DNA from: Aulosira sp. ZfuVER01
GTDB lineage: Bacteria; Cyanobacteriota; Cyanobacteriia; Cyanobacteriales; Nostocaceae
Assembly (NCBI GenBank): GCA_034530615.2
Contig: JAVRCV020000019.1
Coordinates: forward strand, 1-64,000
Direction of reading: 5' to 3'
DNA: 64,000 bases
Made by a program: the position numbers and the translations under genes. Below, one piece after another: positions 47,877-58,146 of the stretch; position 1 is the first letter of the stretch, and every line of letters begins with the position of its first letter. Below the pieces are notes generated by a model that worked only from the letters and a program-made list of their open reading frames with translations, did no database searches and was not told where the DNA came from.

Positions 47877-49556
47877 TTGCCTCCAATAGATATTCCAAGC
47901 CAATTTGATGTCTTAGTAGTTGGTGCAGGTGCCGCAGGGCTATATACGGCACTTTGTTTACCAGAATCTTTGCGAGTTGGTTTAATTACCAAAGAAACAG
48001 TTGCTCTATCTGCTAGTGATTGGGCCCAAGGTGGTATAGCTGCTGCGATCGCCCCAGAAGATTCTCCTACTTTACACATCGAAGATACAATCCGCGCCGG
48101 GGCTGGGCTGTGTGAAAAAGCCGCTGTAGAATTCCTCGCCCAACACGCCCCTAGCTGCATTCAATCTCTGGTGAATTTGGGCGTAGCTTTTGACCGTCAT
48201 GGTAATGCTTTGGCTTTAACTTTAGAAGCAGCCCATTCTCGCAACCGCGTTCTTCATGCCGCCGACACCACGGGTAGGGAAGTTATCACCACCCTCACCG
48301 CCCAAGTATTACGCCGCCAAAATATTCAAGTTATCCAGCAAGCTTTAGCTTTGAGTTTGTGGATGGAACCGCAAAGCCATCGCTGCCAAGGAATTAGCTT
48401 ATTTTATCAAGGCGAAATTCGCTGGATTCAGGCTGGTGCTGTGGTATTAGCAACCGGTGGCGGGGGCCAAGTATTCGCTCAAACTACTAACCCTGCTGTG
48501 AGTACAGGGGATGGAGTAGCGATCGCAGCCCGTGCTGGCGCTATCCTCCGCGATTTAGAATTTGTCCAATTTCATCCTACGGCTCTCACCAAACAAGGGA
48601 GCGATCGCTTTTTAATCAGTGAAGCCGTGCGCGGCGAGGGGGCACACCTCGTTGACAAGGAAGGGCGGCGTTTTGCCTTTGACTACCATCCTGCGGGAGA
48701 ACTTGCACCTCGTGATGTAGTTAGTAGAGCCATTTTTAGCCATTTGCAACGTACCTCAGCCGACCCAGCTACGGCCCATGTCTGGTTAGATATGCGCCCC
48801 ATCCCAGCTGAACAAATTCGTCATCGCTTTCCCAACATCATCAAAGTTTGTCAACATTGGGGCATTGATGTCTTCACAGAACCAATTCCTGTTGCCCCCG
48901 CTGCCCATTACTGGATGGGTGGAATCGTTACAGACTTGATGAATCGCACAAATATTCCTGGCTTATACGCTGTAGGCGAAACCGCCAGTACTGGAGTGCA
49001 TGGAGCCAATCGCCTAGCAAGTAATTCTCTTTTAGAATGTATTGTATTTGGCGCACAGATGGCTCACATTGAGTTGCCTGTTGCTGAGTTACATTCAGAG
49101 TTGCCCGTGCTGCCATTACGGGAATTTCGGAGTGATGTTGCTGAGTGGCAAAGACAGCAAGCACAACTAGAAACACTGCGGCAGAAATTACCGCGTCTAG
49201 TTTGGCAAAGCGCTGGTATTTGTCGAGCGCAATCAGGATTAGAGGCGGCGATCACCACTGTTGAATCTTGGCAGCAAGATTTTGCTATCTTACCTTTGAG
49301 TAGATTTCTCCTATCTTTAAATCCGGCAGAACCCGCTCGTTTAAAACTACCAAATGTAGAACGGCAATTGCGACTTTGGGCAGAAACTCGTAATTTGTTA
49401 GATGTGGCTGATTTAATTCTTAAAAGTGCTGTTTTTAGAACCGAAAGCCGGGGCGGACACTACCGCTTAGATTATCCAGAAACAGACTTTGATTGGCAAG
49501 CTCACACCCTTGTCCAGAAAAACCATTGGTGGAAATCCCCAATCTCAAACCCTTAA
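47877..49556 (+). CDS. nadB: L-aspartate oxidase
   Basis: GAGAAGL, WAQGGIAA, EAAHSRNRVLH, QFHPT, HGANRLASNSL, ESRGGH. Confidence 0.97.
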   Translation: MPPIDIPSQFDVLVVGAGAAGLYTALCLPESLRVGLITKETVALSASDWAQGGIAAAIAPEDSPTLHIEDTIRAGAGLCEKAAVEFLAQHAPSCIQSLVNLGVAFDRHGNALALTLEAAHSRNRVLHAADTTGREVITTLTAQVLRRQNIQVIQQALALSLWMEPQSHRCQGISLFYQGEIRWIQAGAVVLATGGGGQVFAQTTNPAVSTGDGVAIAARAGAILRDLEFVQFHPTALTKQGSDRFLISEAVRGEGAHLVDKEGRRFAFDYHPAGELAPRDVVSRAIFSHLQRTSADPATAHVWLDMRPIPAEQIRHRFPNIIKVCQHWGIDVFTEPIPVAPAAHYWMGGIVTDLMNRTNIPGLYAVGETASTGVHGANRLASNSLLECIVFGAQMAHIELPVAELHSELPVLPLREFRSDVAEWQRQQAQLETLRQKLPRLVWQSAGICRAQSGLEAAITTVESWQQDFAILPLSRFLLSLNPAEPARLKLPNVERQLRLWAETRNLLDVADLILKSAVFRTESRGGHYRLDYPETDFDWQAHTLVQKNHWWKSPISNP

Positions 49557-49743
49557 TAATCTTCAGTTTAATCCTGGATTCAAGCTGCTTATACCAACTA
49601 TCTCAATCACTGGGAAAAATTATTCTCCCCTGCTGCCTATCTGTAGCGATCTTACACAGTGAATTGCTGTTAGTAAGGGGTAAAACAGTTTTTACTCAGC
49701 AATTATCCAGACTTACGCCTAATTTCTCGTAATTTTGAATCAC

Positions 49744-50010
49744 TTAACGAGTACCACTACCATGCTGACTGTCGGGTCCACCATAATTCCGTGGTGTAAA
49801 GGTCTGCTTTAACTCTTGAGAATTAGACCTAGATGTAGTTAGGCTTTCGCTACTAGTGCCAAGGCTTTCCATAGGCACAGAGCTAAATGCTGCTGTAGTA
49901 CTAGCTGTCTTAGGAATTATCAGGTAAACACTAATAAACAATATTGCAATACTAGTAATTCTTAGATGATTCGTTATAGATCTAGGTAAATTTACTGTTT
50001 CGGTTTTCAT
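49744..50010 (-). CDS. small exported protein ending FTPRNYGGPDSQHGSGTR
   Basis: Hydrophobic N-terminal segment, Ser/Thr linker, Gly-rich C-terminal motif; alternative start 50049. Confidence 0.65.
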   Translation of the reverse strand: MKTETVNLPRSITNHLRITSIAILFISVYLIIPKTASTTAAFSSVPMESLGTSSESLTTSRSNSQELKQTFTPRNYGGPDSQHGSGTR

Positions 50011-51329
50011 GCTCTTAACTCTAATGTTATTTTCGGTAAATGTACTCATTATCCCAAAAAAATATTAAATTTTCATTAATTTTTTGTTGCATACAAATGA
50101 AGTTGGCGGATAACAAACAGTTTTTATTAGGTGGTTAGTCTAGTTGTGGCTAGTTTTGGATAAATGTACCTGACATCTAGAAATACAATTAGGGTTGTGT
50201 TTATAACATCGGTCTAAAGTTAGAGATTTTGCTGCATTGCTTAAACACGTATATTTACTAAATTCTTAATCCTTAACACAATTTTAATATTCTAGTGCAG
50301 AAATACTATGTTGGCTGGACTACAAATCCGGATAAATCATCGTCAATTTCTTTTGTGTTAAGAAATATGTAGCAGTGAAGATAGTTAAACTCTAAACTTC
50401 GCATTCAAGATGTGTAAGCAAAATTAGTAAAAATTCTGGCAAGCATAAAATTTTTTTTAAGTATATGTGCTGAATAATTTACAGAGATGTAGTGCTTTGC
50501 TCACATAAAATATGCAAAAAAGATCTCAACAATCATCTACTAATTCTAAAGAATATTTTAATTTTATTGACAAAATGCCTATCTTTACCTCCTTAAACTA
50601 CTAATACAGACTTTTCACAACACATTCCGGTTAATATGACGAAGTTATTACTAGAGCTAAAGAAGAATTAGCGTTATTGAGCCTTTTCTCAAAGAGAAAC
50701 GAGAGTTACCCATACTGCACAGCAGAACTCGTTCGGTGTTCGCTCCGTTGCTGTCTGACGAAGTTCCGTAAGGTAAGCTACCGTTCCTTATTAGGCGTAG
50801 CCCTTGCCGCATACTTGTAGACGCCCTTTAGGTGATGCTTTCAAGGGTAGTAGGGTGGAAACACCTTTTCTGCGTGCTAGCTTACTTGTACAAATCAGTT
50901 CAGGAATCAAATTGGATTGCTATAGTAACCCAAAGGGATGAATTTTAATTCTTCATGACTGCTTAATTTTCAACACATAAGTCATGCAACAGGCAAGCGG
51001 TGAAATCGATTTACTAATAAATTAGCTTTTACGTTACATTAATCACATATTTTTTTAACTTTAAATAGTTCTAATGAAGTAGTTATTCATATTAAATAAA
51101 AGATATACTTTTAATATATAAAATTAATTACTTTATCTAATTACTCTTTTGAACGAACAAACTATTACTTCTAATTTATTAATCATCTCATAAATTTTTA
51201 GCTGCTTACTAATTAGCTATATAACTATGTTTTTGAGAATATTTGATCAAACCTTAGTTATTTTGAGTAAGGACTAATGGTTAATCAATAATGGTTTGCA
51301 CTTACCAAAAATTTATCAGGAGTTTACCG

Positions 51330-51572
51330 ATGACACAGATTAATCGAAAAGAGCTTGACACATTTCTTTATCCTCATACTCGCTATTACGGTTCTTTCAA
51401 GCCAGAAAGCCTTACCTTTAATGCCAACCTTCAAGAATTTGCACAGAAAGTTGGTTATATTAGTGTTTTAGAAACAGCGGGAAAACTCTCTCCAGAAGAA
51501 GCTTACAGCCAGATTAAAGAACTTTGGAAACAGTTAAAGCAAAGCAAAAAAGAACTGGGAATTGGCCAATAA
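51330..51572 (+). CDS. conserved small cyanobacterial protein (DUF7219-type)
   Basis: FLYP..RYYG.F.PE.L.FNANLQEFAQKV…LET.GK; AGGAG RBS before ATG 51330. Confidence 0.8.
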   Translation: MTQINRKELDTFLYPHTRYYGSFKPESLTFNANLQEFAQKVGYISVLETAGKLSPEEAYSQIKELWKQLKQSKKELGIGQ

Positions 51573-51645
51573 ATAGCTAAAAATTGGTGTTATACCATTT
51601 CACTTTAAGAATGTACAAATACGCGGTAGAGGGTTTAACAATGCT

Positions 51646-51842
51646 CACCTGTGTCAACTTAAGCTTAGATGTATACAGCGTAAGTCTTTGAGGTTATCTC
51701 TCTTAGCACCATAAACTTTCTATCCCCCCTAACCCCCCTTAAAAAAGGGGGGAAAAGAATCAAAGTCCCCCTTAAAAAGGGGGATTTAGGGGGATCAAAT
51801 ATCTAGAGCAACAAAGCCTTTCACGTTAAGTTGACACCAATG
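51646..51842. mobile_element. 197-bp MITE with 9-bp target-site duplication
   Basis: TIRs CACCTGTGTCAACTTAA / TTAAGTTGACACCAATG; TSD AACAATGCT at 51637-51645 and 51843-51851. Confidence 0.85.
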
Positions 51843-52084
51843 AACAATGCTAAACCCCTACGAAAAATCTATCTGTATCAGGATTTTCGTGAATTGGTAT
51901 TACGTAGCCTTTCAGCTTAGGTCTACATCTTAATAACAATTCGCAACGATCTGTATACTTATTAAAGTAAAACATTATAACCTCTACTTAAGATTAAAGT
52001 ATAGGTTTTGACCAAAATATATTTTGATAGCCAATTTATGTGATATAAATATTTTTTTGAATTTCTCTTATAAATTGCTAACAA

Positions 52085-53254
52085 TTAATTAAAATCTTTC
52101 AAGATCATGTGTTTTTGAGAATCAAAAGTAATTAATCCTTGTTGTTTAAATTTGCTCATAAAGCGCGTAATTGTTACTCTATTCGCACAGCAGGCACTAG
52201 CAATATCTTCATGAGTCAAACGAGCACTTAGGCGCATTCCCCCCGGCACAGGTTCACCAATTTCTTGTTTGAGAAATTCCAAAAGATAATGCAATCGCTC
52301 TTGTACCTGTCGCTTTCCAGAAATCGCTAACAAAGATTCTGTTTGCTGTAACCGTTGATTGATTTTTGGTAGAAAGTTATGGCTGATGCTAGGAGAAGCT
52401 GCTATTTCTGACACGTGAATTGATACTAACTCTACCTCGGATAATGCTATTGCTTGATAAATCTTCAGAGAAGTCATACTAGAGCCAAAGATCATTCCTG
52501 CTCCTACCAACCCTATCAGCACTTCTTCACCTGTTTCACAGAAAGTACTCAGTTTGACCCAACCCCGACAAACATATAAAATTTGTAGTGGGTTAAGAGA
52601 AATATTGTCTCCTTTAGAATATTTATATAAGCGACGATCCCTAATAACACTGCTGACACTCTTGATTTCTGGTGATTCCCATTGCTTGCGTCCAGTGATA
52701 TTACGTACTATCCACCGAAGAGATATTACCTGACCCTGTTGATTGCGAACAGCTGCTACTGTTAAAGCAGCATTAAGAGTATCCCCATGACGTTGCTGCA
52801 AGCGTACTAATAATTCTGTGTCTGTGTCCGATTCAGATAATCGGTTGATTTCAGTACGAATTTGCTGACGTTCTTCGATAGGAACAAAGGTGGTAATTGG
52901 TTTACCTACTAAAAATTGTTTAGAAACATTCAGTAACTTAGCTGCCACCTGATTAGCTTCGTGGATTGTACCTGATGCATTAGTGACTAAATAAGCATCT
53001 GGTGCTAAATCAAATAAATCTTGATAGCGTTGGCGTTCGCTTTCAAGAAAATTTTGTGTTCGGATTAATTCCTCATTTTGCTGATATAGTTCCTCCACCG
53101 CCAATTGCAAAGTTTTTGAACTGTGCTGAAGTTCCTCAAAAGCTTTTGGTAGCATTTCTGATGGTACCCAAGGCAAGACAGTAGCTGTTTGATATAAATC
53201 AGCTAACCGCTTGTGCAACACTTCTGTGCGTTGAAAAAACAGCTCCAGGTTCAT
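52085..53254 (-). CDS. PAS-domain Crp/Fnr family transcriptional regulator
   Basis: Coiled coil, PAS (YQDLFDLAPDAY), cNMP-like barrel, HTH LTHEDIA…RVTITR. Confidence 0.88.
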   Translation of the reverse strand: MNLELFFQRTEVLHKRLADLYQTATVLPWVPSEMLPKAFEELQHSSKTLQLAVEELYQQNEELIRTQNFLESERQRYQDLFDLAPDAYLVTNASGTIHEANQVAAKLLNVSKQFLVGKPITTFVPIEERQQIRTEINRLSESDTDTELLVRLQQRHGDTLNAALTVAAVRNQQGQVISLRWIVRNITGRKQWESPEIKSVSSVIRDRRLYKYSKGDNISLNPLQILYVCRGWVKLSTFCETGEEVLIGLVGAGMIFGSSMTSLKIYQAIALSEVELVSIHVSEIAASPSISHNFLPKINQRLQQTESLLAISGKRQVQERLHYLLEFLKQEIGEPVPGGMRLSARLTHEDIASACCANRVTITRFMSKFKQQGLITFDSQKHMILKDFN

Positions 53255-53359
53255 CTGGAATTCTCTCCCTTTTTGCAGAGGTTAATCATCAAAGTAACTA
53301 TTTTTAGTATTACAAAACTTCTATCTTGAGAAGTGTATCTGCGAAATCGATCAATATAA

Positions 53360-55567
53360 TTAAGCAAACTCATAGCGATTTTTACCGAGGTTTTTGGCAC
53401 GATACATAGCAGTGTCTGCCTGTTTAATTAAAGTTTCACTGTCGCGGCTGTTAAGAGGATAGATACTGATACCAATACTAGCAGATACTTTAGTAGTATA
53501 CCCATCCAAAACAATTGGCTCAGTGATAGTACTTAAGATTTTTTCGGCAACTTTAGCAGCTACTTGTACGTTTGGAATTGCACGTAAAATTACGGTAAAT
53601 TCATCGCCGCCTAAGCGAGATACCGTATCACTACCGCGCAAGCAGTTACTAAGCCTTTGTCCAATTGTTACCAAAAGGCGATCGCCAATTTCGTGCCCCA
53701 AAGTATCATTAACTTGTTTAAACCCATCTAGATCAATAAATAATAGCCCTAATAATAAATTGTGATCTTTTGCCCAATCTAAAGACTCGAGCAGTTTTTC
53801 ATTGAAAAATTTCCGATTGGATAAACCTGTAAGGGGGTCGTGATATGCCAGATAACGCAAGTGGTCTTCTTTGCGTTTTAATTCAGTGTTAGAACGGTAG
53901 AGTTCAGCAGCCGTACGCTTAAGTTGTTCTTCCATTTGCTTGCGTTGAGTAATATCTCGGATCACTCCAACTAAAAAGTAATTACCCGCAGCATCTTGAT
54001 GAAACGATCGCTTAGTCGAAATTAAGTGAGTCGAACCATAAGCATCTGTAAATTCTTCTTCACTTTCCTGGGTTTGCTGAGTTTGGAAAACCTTCTCATC
54101 TTGCTGGCGAAATACATCAGCTTCATGTTGAGGGAAAAAGTCATAGTCTGACTTTTCAATTAACAACTGATTGGGATAACCAATTAATCGGCTATAAGCT
54201 TCATTTAAGACAATCCACTGATGTTGTTCATTTTTGACAAAAATTGGGTCAGGAATTGTATTAATAACTTGATGTAAAAACTCTCTGGAGCGTTTTAACT
54301 CTTCTTGCATAGAGGCAAGATAATTGGTAATCCAAATAGCTGAACCGCCAAATGTGAGCAGTGGAGGAATCAGCGGTATCCACCAACCAGACAAAAAGGC
54401 AACATAGGTAAACAGAGCTAACAACAAGCAAAAAAGTAGAATACTAATAGATATCTTTGTTGGCTGTCGGATGCGCCATGCTGTTGTGGCTCCTAAATAA
54501 GACCAACCAAAAATCCACAAGTATTCCCATAGCTTTGGCAAGACTTTCAGTAAAGGTCTTCCTTCTAAAGCAGCAGCAATTAACTCATTGATAAAGTGTG
54601 CTTGTAGTTCAATTCCCGCAATGGGTTGTGCTGTACCCATCAGTCTGCTTGATTGAGGTACGAAAACAAAATCTTGTAGGCTAGGTGCTGTAGAACCAAT
54701 AAGTACAATGCGATCGCTGAACCATTGTTTTGGTACTCTGTCTGCTAGCACATCTCTCATTGTTACTTGGCGATAACTACAGGATGCTGTCGATGAACTA
54801 GGACAACTTGGTTTGGGAAAGTTGGACAAAATTTGGTAGCCTCTAGCATCAGCTCCCACGTATGCACCATCATTAGCTTGAAATCTAGTAAACACTGCTT
54901 GACCCAACTGCAAGTACTCAGAGTTGTTGGCTGCGGTTTGAGGAGTAATGCCGTAGGATTTCAAATACACTAAAGCCAGCTTCAAGGCAAAACTTTCGTG
55001 TGCTTGATTATCAATGTGCCAATACAACAAGCTACGACGTATTTTGCCATCAGGGTCATATAAAACATTATTAAAACCCACTTGATCGAGTTGGTTCAGT
55101 ACCGGTGGCGGCAAAACACTCGCATTTTTGTTATTTGCCAGTTGTTCAATCCCAATCAAGTTTGGCATTGACTTATAAGCTTTTACCAGATTTTCATAAC
55201 CAGACTCCACTGGCAAATCCCGGTAGATATCTAAACCAACAGCACGAGGTTGATAAGCGTTTAATTTTTGTAACAACTGGGCGATCGCATCATCTGGAAT
55301 CGGCCAAGAACCAACTTGGCGTAAAGAAGCTTCATCAATCGCTACAATAGTAATGCGCTCTTCTGGTGGTTCGTTTGGACGTAAGCGAAACAATTGATCT
55401 AACGCTGCCAATTCTAAGGATTGGAATAATCCAATAGAGCGTATAAGCAAAATGCAGACTGCAACGCTGGAAGCAGTAATTAATTCTCTATGCCCTCGAC
55501 CAAGCGGTTTTTTCAGTCCAGATATGAACCTTACAAGACGCTTGCCTAGCTGCTTACTCATTCCCAT
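53360..55567 (-). CDS. CHASE2-PAS-GGDEF diguanylate cyclase
   Basis: ITIVAIDE…WP (CHASE2), TM helices, PAS, HDPLTGL, RLGGDEF. Confidence 0.94.
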   Translation of the reverse strand: MGMSKQLGKRLVRFISGLKKPLGRGHRELITASSVAVCILLIRSIGLFQSLELAALDQLFRLRPNEPPEERITIVAIDEASLRQVGSWPIPDDAIAQLLQKLNAYQPRAVGLDIYRDLPVESGYENLVKAYKSMPNLIGIEQLANNKNASVLPPPVLNQLDQVGFNNVLYDPDGKIRRSLLYWHIDNQAHESFALKLALVYLKSYGITPQTAANNSEYLQLGQAVFTRFQANDGAYVGADARGYQILSNFPKPSCPSSSTASCSYRQVTMRDVLADRVPKQWFSDRIVLIGSTAPSLQDFVFVPQSSRLMGTAQPIAGIELQAHFINELIAAALEGRPLLKVLPKLWEYLWIFGWSYLGATTAWRIRQPTKISISILLFCLLLALFTYVAFLSGWWIPLIPPLLTFGGSAIWITNYLASMQEELKRSREFLHQVINTIPDPIFVKNEQHQWIVLNEAYSRLIGYPNQLLIEKSDYDFFPQHEADVFRQQDEKVFQTQQTQESEEEFTDAYGSTHLISTKRSFHQDAAGNYFLVGVIRDITQRKQMEEQLKRTAAELYRSNTELKRKEDHLRYLAYHDPLTGLSNRKFFNEKLLESLDWAKDHNLLLGLLFIDLDGFKQVNDTLGHEIGDRLLVTIGQRLSNCLRGSDTVSRLGGDEFTVILRAIPNVQVAAKVAEKILSTITEPIVLDGYTTKVSASIGISIYPLNSRDSETLIKQADTAMYRAKNLGKNRYEFA

Positions 55568-56145
55568 TACCTAGTGGGGAGAAATATAAATATTTTTTAT
55601 TTGCGATTTATATCAACTACTTGGCGAATATAGCTTACAGGTGAGCTATATTGAGTTTCTAAGAGTTTATTCAGATCCATTGAATTCCTCAAGATTAATC
55701 TTAGGTATTCATTATCTGATGAAATGGCAATTGGAACTCTTGCATCTAATAGCACAAGTTAACTATAAATAGTCTTTACTAAGTAAATTAGTATATCTAT
55801 CGGAAGTATTAAAAGCTGAATATTGGAATTAAATATTTGCATAATTGCGTATTCAACTTATTTAAAGTATAAAAAAAGCGGATTTTTATAGTATTTTTAC
55901 CCAAAATAAATTTATTGATTAAATTTGTAATATCTTTATTTATGAGATTATTACAACCAGACACGAAACGAATGGTGAAAATTACTAATTGATAAATAAT
56001 ACATACGATAATAACTGATGGTTCTATATTATTTATTACTAAAAATGAATAAGTCAACCGGAAGCAAATTTGCTTTATGCAACCAGTTGACTATTCAGTA
56101 TCAGACATTAGCTTAGTTTACTAGCAAGCACCTTGCCAAAGCTAA

Positions 56146-57132
56146 TTACTTGAAATATTTGAAGTTCCGCGGCCCTGTATAATTAGAAACTTTGGCTAGT
56201 TCCTCTAAATTTTGAACTCCGCTATAGCTTTTCCCATTAATTATCCAAGTAGGGAATCCTTCTATTTTGGCAGCTTTACATAGATCTGGTTGAGCCTTGA
56301 GTCCATCGGGAGCGCACTCTACCTTAATAGTATCATTGATGATATTGTAAGCCTCTTTACCAAATATCAACTTTTGTTCGTGGCAGTGCGGACACCAATA
56401 AGCAACATATTCTTTAGCACCTATCTTGACAAGATGGTTTGCTAAAGCTATTTCTGCCTCACCAGAAGTGGTGGTGATTTGCCAACCAAATGCGGGGTTA
56501 GGATTTTCTTTAGGAGTAAAGCTGATTTGTGCTGGTTTACCAGGAGTTGATTCAGGCGTACTGCTTAATTGATTGACATTACTAAAGACTGCTAAAGTGC
56601 CAATCAGGGTAATCATCCCAACAATAATAGCGGTAAAGAAGATTTGCCCAACATCTTCCCAAGTACGACCAATAATCGTCAGCACTAGAAGGCTTACAGA
56701 GAATAAAGCTGAGGCAATACAGTAAGGACAAACGGCTTTGATCTGAGTTGCCAGCAAGTACATTAAGTAGCCGCTAAAGATGGACATGGCGATCGTACCC
56801 ACCAACAGCAACCACCAAGTCAAGTTTTCTATTTGTTTGCGGTTATTGTTTTCTCCAGATTTTAATGCTAGGGGAGCCAAAGCCAATATCAGCATCCCGG
56901 TGTAAGCCAAAAACCCAAACAAAGCCAATGGCTGACCAAACACTGTTGCCCAAGGGCTGGAAAGTACATCGTTACAGCCTTTGACACCAGCTTGGGCAAC
57001 ACAAGCTGCACTACCTCCGGTTAACTTTTCGATAGTGAGATAACCTGTTGTCAGGGCACCAAGCCCAGCGATCGCGGCAATCAATGGACGCGACCATTTA
57101 TGAATCCAAGGAGTAGAACGGCGGCGAATCAT
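56146..57132 (-). CDS. vitamin K epoxide reductase family / thioredoxin fusion (disulfide-bond formation)
   Basis: C…GCNDVLSSPWA, CPYC, WCPHC. Start at MIRRRS because the upstream extension is STRR repeat. Confidence 0.93.
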   Translation of the reverse strand: MIRRRSTPWIHKWSRPLIAAIAGLGALTTGYLTIEKLTGGSAACVAQAGVKGCNDVLSSPWATVFGQPLALFGFLAYTGMLILALAPLALKSGENNNRKQIENLTWWLLLVGTIAMSIFSGYLMYLLATQIKAVCPYCIASALFSVSLLVLTIIGRTWEDVGQIFFTAIIVGMITLIGTLAVFSNVNQLSSTPESTPGKPAQISFTPKENPNPAFGWQITTTSGEAEIALANHLVKIGAKEYVAYWCPHCHEQKLIFGKEAYNIINDTIKVECAPDGLKAQPDLCKAAKIEGFPTWIINGKSYSGVQNLEELAKVSNYTGPRNFKYFK

Positions 57133-57139
57133 AAACTGT

Positions 57140-57296
57140 GATTGGGAATGAGGAATTGGGTATGGGGCATGGGGTATTGGGCATGGGGCATTGGGCATGG
57201 GGAATGAGTAATTGGGCATGGGGTATTGGTTATTTCCCCCTATTCCCCTTGTCCTCCTTGTCTTCCCTGTCCTTAATCCCTAATCCCCAGTCCCAG
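57140..57296. repeat. STRR1-type heptamer arrays
   Basis: (ATTGGGC/ATGGGGC)n, then CCCCAGT/CCCTAAT repeats. Confidence 0.85.
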
Positions 57297-57297
57297 G

Positions 57298-58146
57298 TTA
57301 AGAACGTATAGTTACTGATGAAATTGATTTAGTTTCACCCTTAGAGTTCCAACTCCGACGTGCGGCTTCGACAAATTGACTAACACGAATTGGGTCAATT
57401 GGTTGTTCAATCCGACCGTGGCGTTTTAGGGAACTAGAGACAATTACACCATCTGCTGCCTGCATCAGTGTAGCTATATTTTCCCAATTAGCCCCGCTGC
57501 CAATGAATACTGGCGTGCCATTTGCTGCGCCACAAGCCAGTTCCAAATCTTCTATGTTAGGAGGACTACCAGTAGCCCAGCCTGATAAAATCACTGCATC
57601 TGCTAAACCCCTTTCGATTGTATCTTTGACAGCCACTGTCAGATTGGGAGAACTTAAAGGGCGGGCGTGCTTGACCAATACATCGGCTAGAATTTTCACA
57701 TCAGTGCCTAATTCGCGCCGATAGCGGAGTAGTTGATGGGCTTCTCCCTCAATTAATCCCTGGTCAGTTGCCATCACCCCTGTGAGGACGTTAACGCGAA
57801 TAAATTGCGCCCGCACGCAACTGGCGATCGCCATTGCACTTTTAGCATCGTTCCGCAACACATTTAAACCTACAGGCAATGTCACCATATTCTGTATTCG
57901 CTGTACCACCACAGTCATGGCACTCACAACCGCTGGATCGACCTGGTTTTTGGTAAACGGCGCATCGAAAAAATTTTCTACAATGATACCGTCAACCCCA
58001 CCACTTGCTAGTGCTGTTGCTTCTTGTTCGGCGCGGTCAATTACTGTTTTCAGGCTGCCTCCCCAGCGGGGCGAGGTAGGCAGTGGTAGTAGGTGAACCA
58101 CGCCAATAATTGGTGTTCGAGTTTTAAATAGCTGATATAAGTCCAC
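57298..58146 (-). CDS. btpA: photosystem I biogenesis protein BtpA
   Basis: IIGVVHLLPLP; ENFFDAPF; GLNVLRND; ADVLVKH; GTG start. Confidence 0.93.
   Translation of the reverse strand: MDLYQLFKTRTPIIGVVHLLPLPTSPRWGGSLKTVIDRAEQEATALASGGVDGIIVENFFDAPFTKNQVDPAVVSAMTVVVQRIQNMVTLPVGLNVLRNDAKSAMAIASCVRAQFIRVNVLTGVMATDQGLIEGEAHQLLRYRRELGTDVKILADVLVKHARPLSSPNLTVAVKDTIERGLADAVILSGWATGSPPNIEDLELACGAANGTPVFIGSGANWENIATLMQAADGVIVSSSLKRHGRIEQPIDPIRVSQFVEAARRSWNSKGETKSISSVTIRS

Noticed and set aside
49744..49800. Calling the small exported protein patX
   Set aside because: The motif is HGSGTR, not RG(S/T)GR.
50050..51290. Hidden gene or ncRNA in the long spacer
   Set aside because: No sustained ORF; the GC-rich patch at ~50715-50885 looks like decayed dispersed repeats.
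55809..56057. 82-aa ORF
   Set aside because: Very AT-rich, Ile/Asn-biased and without a clear start; likely spurious.
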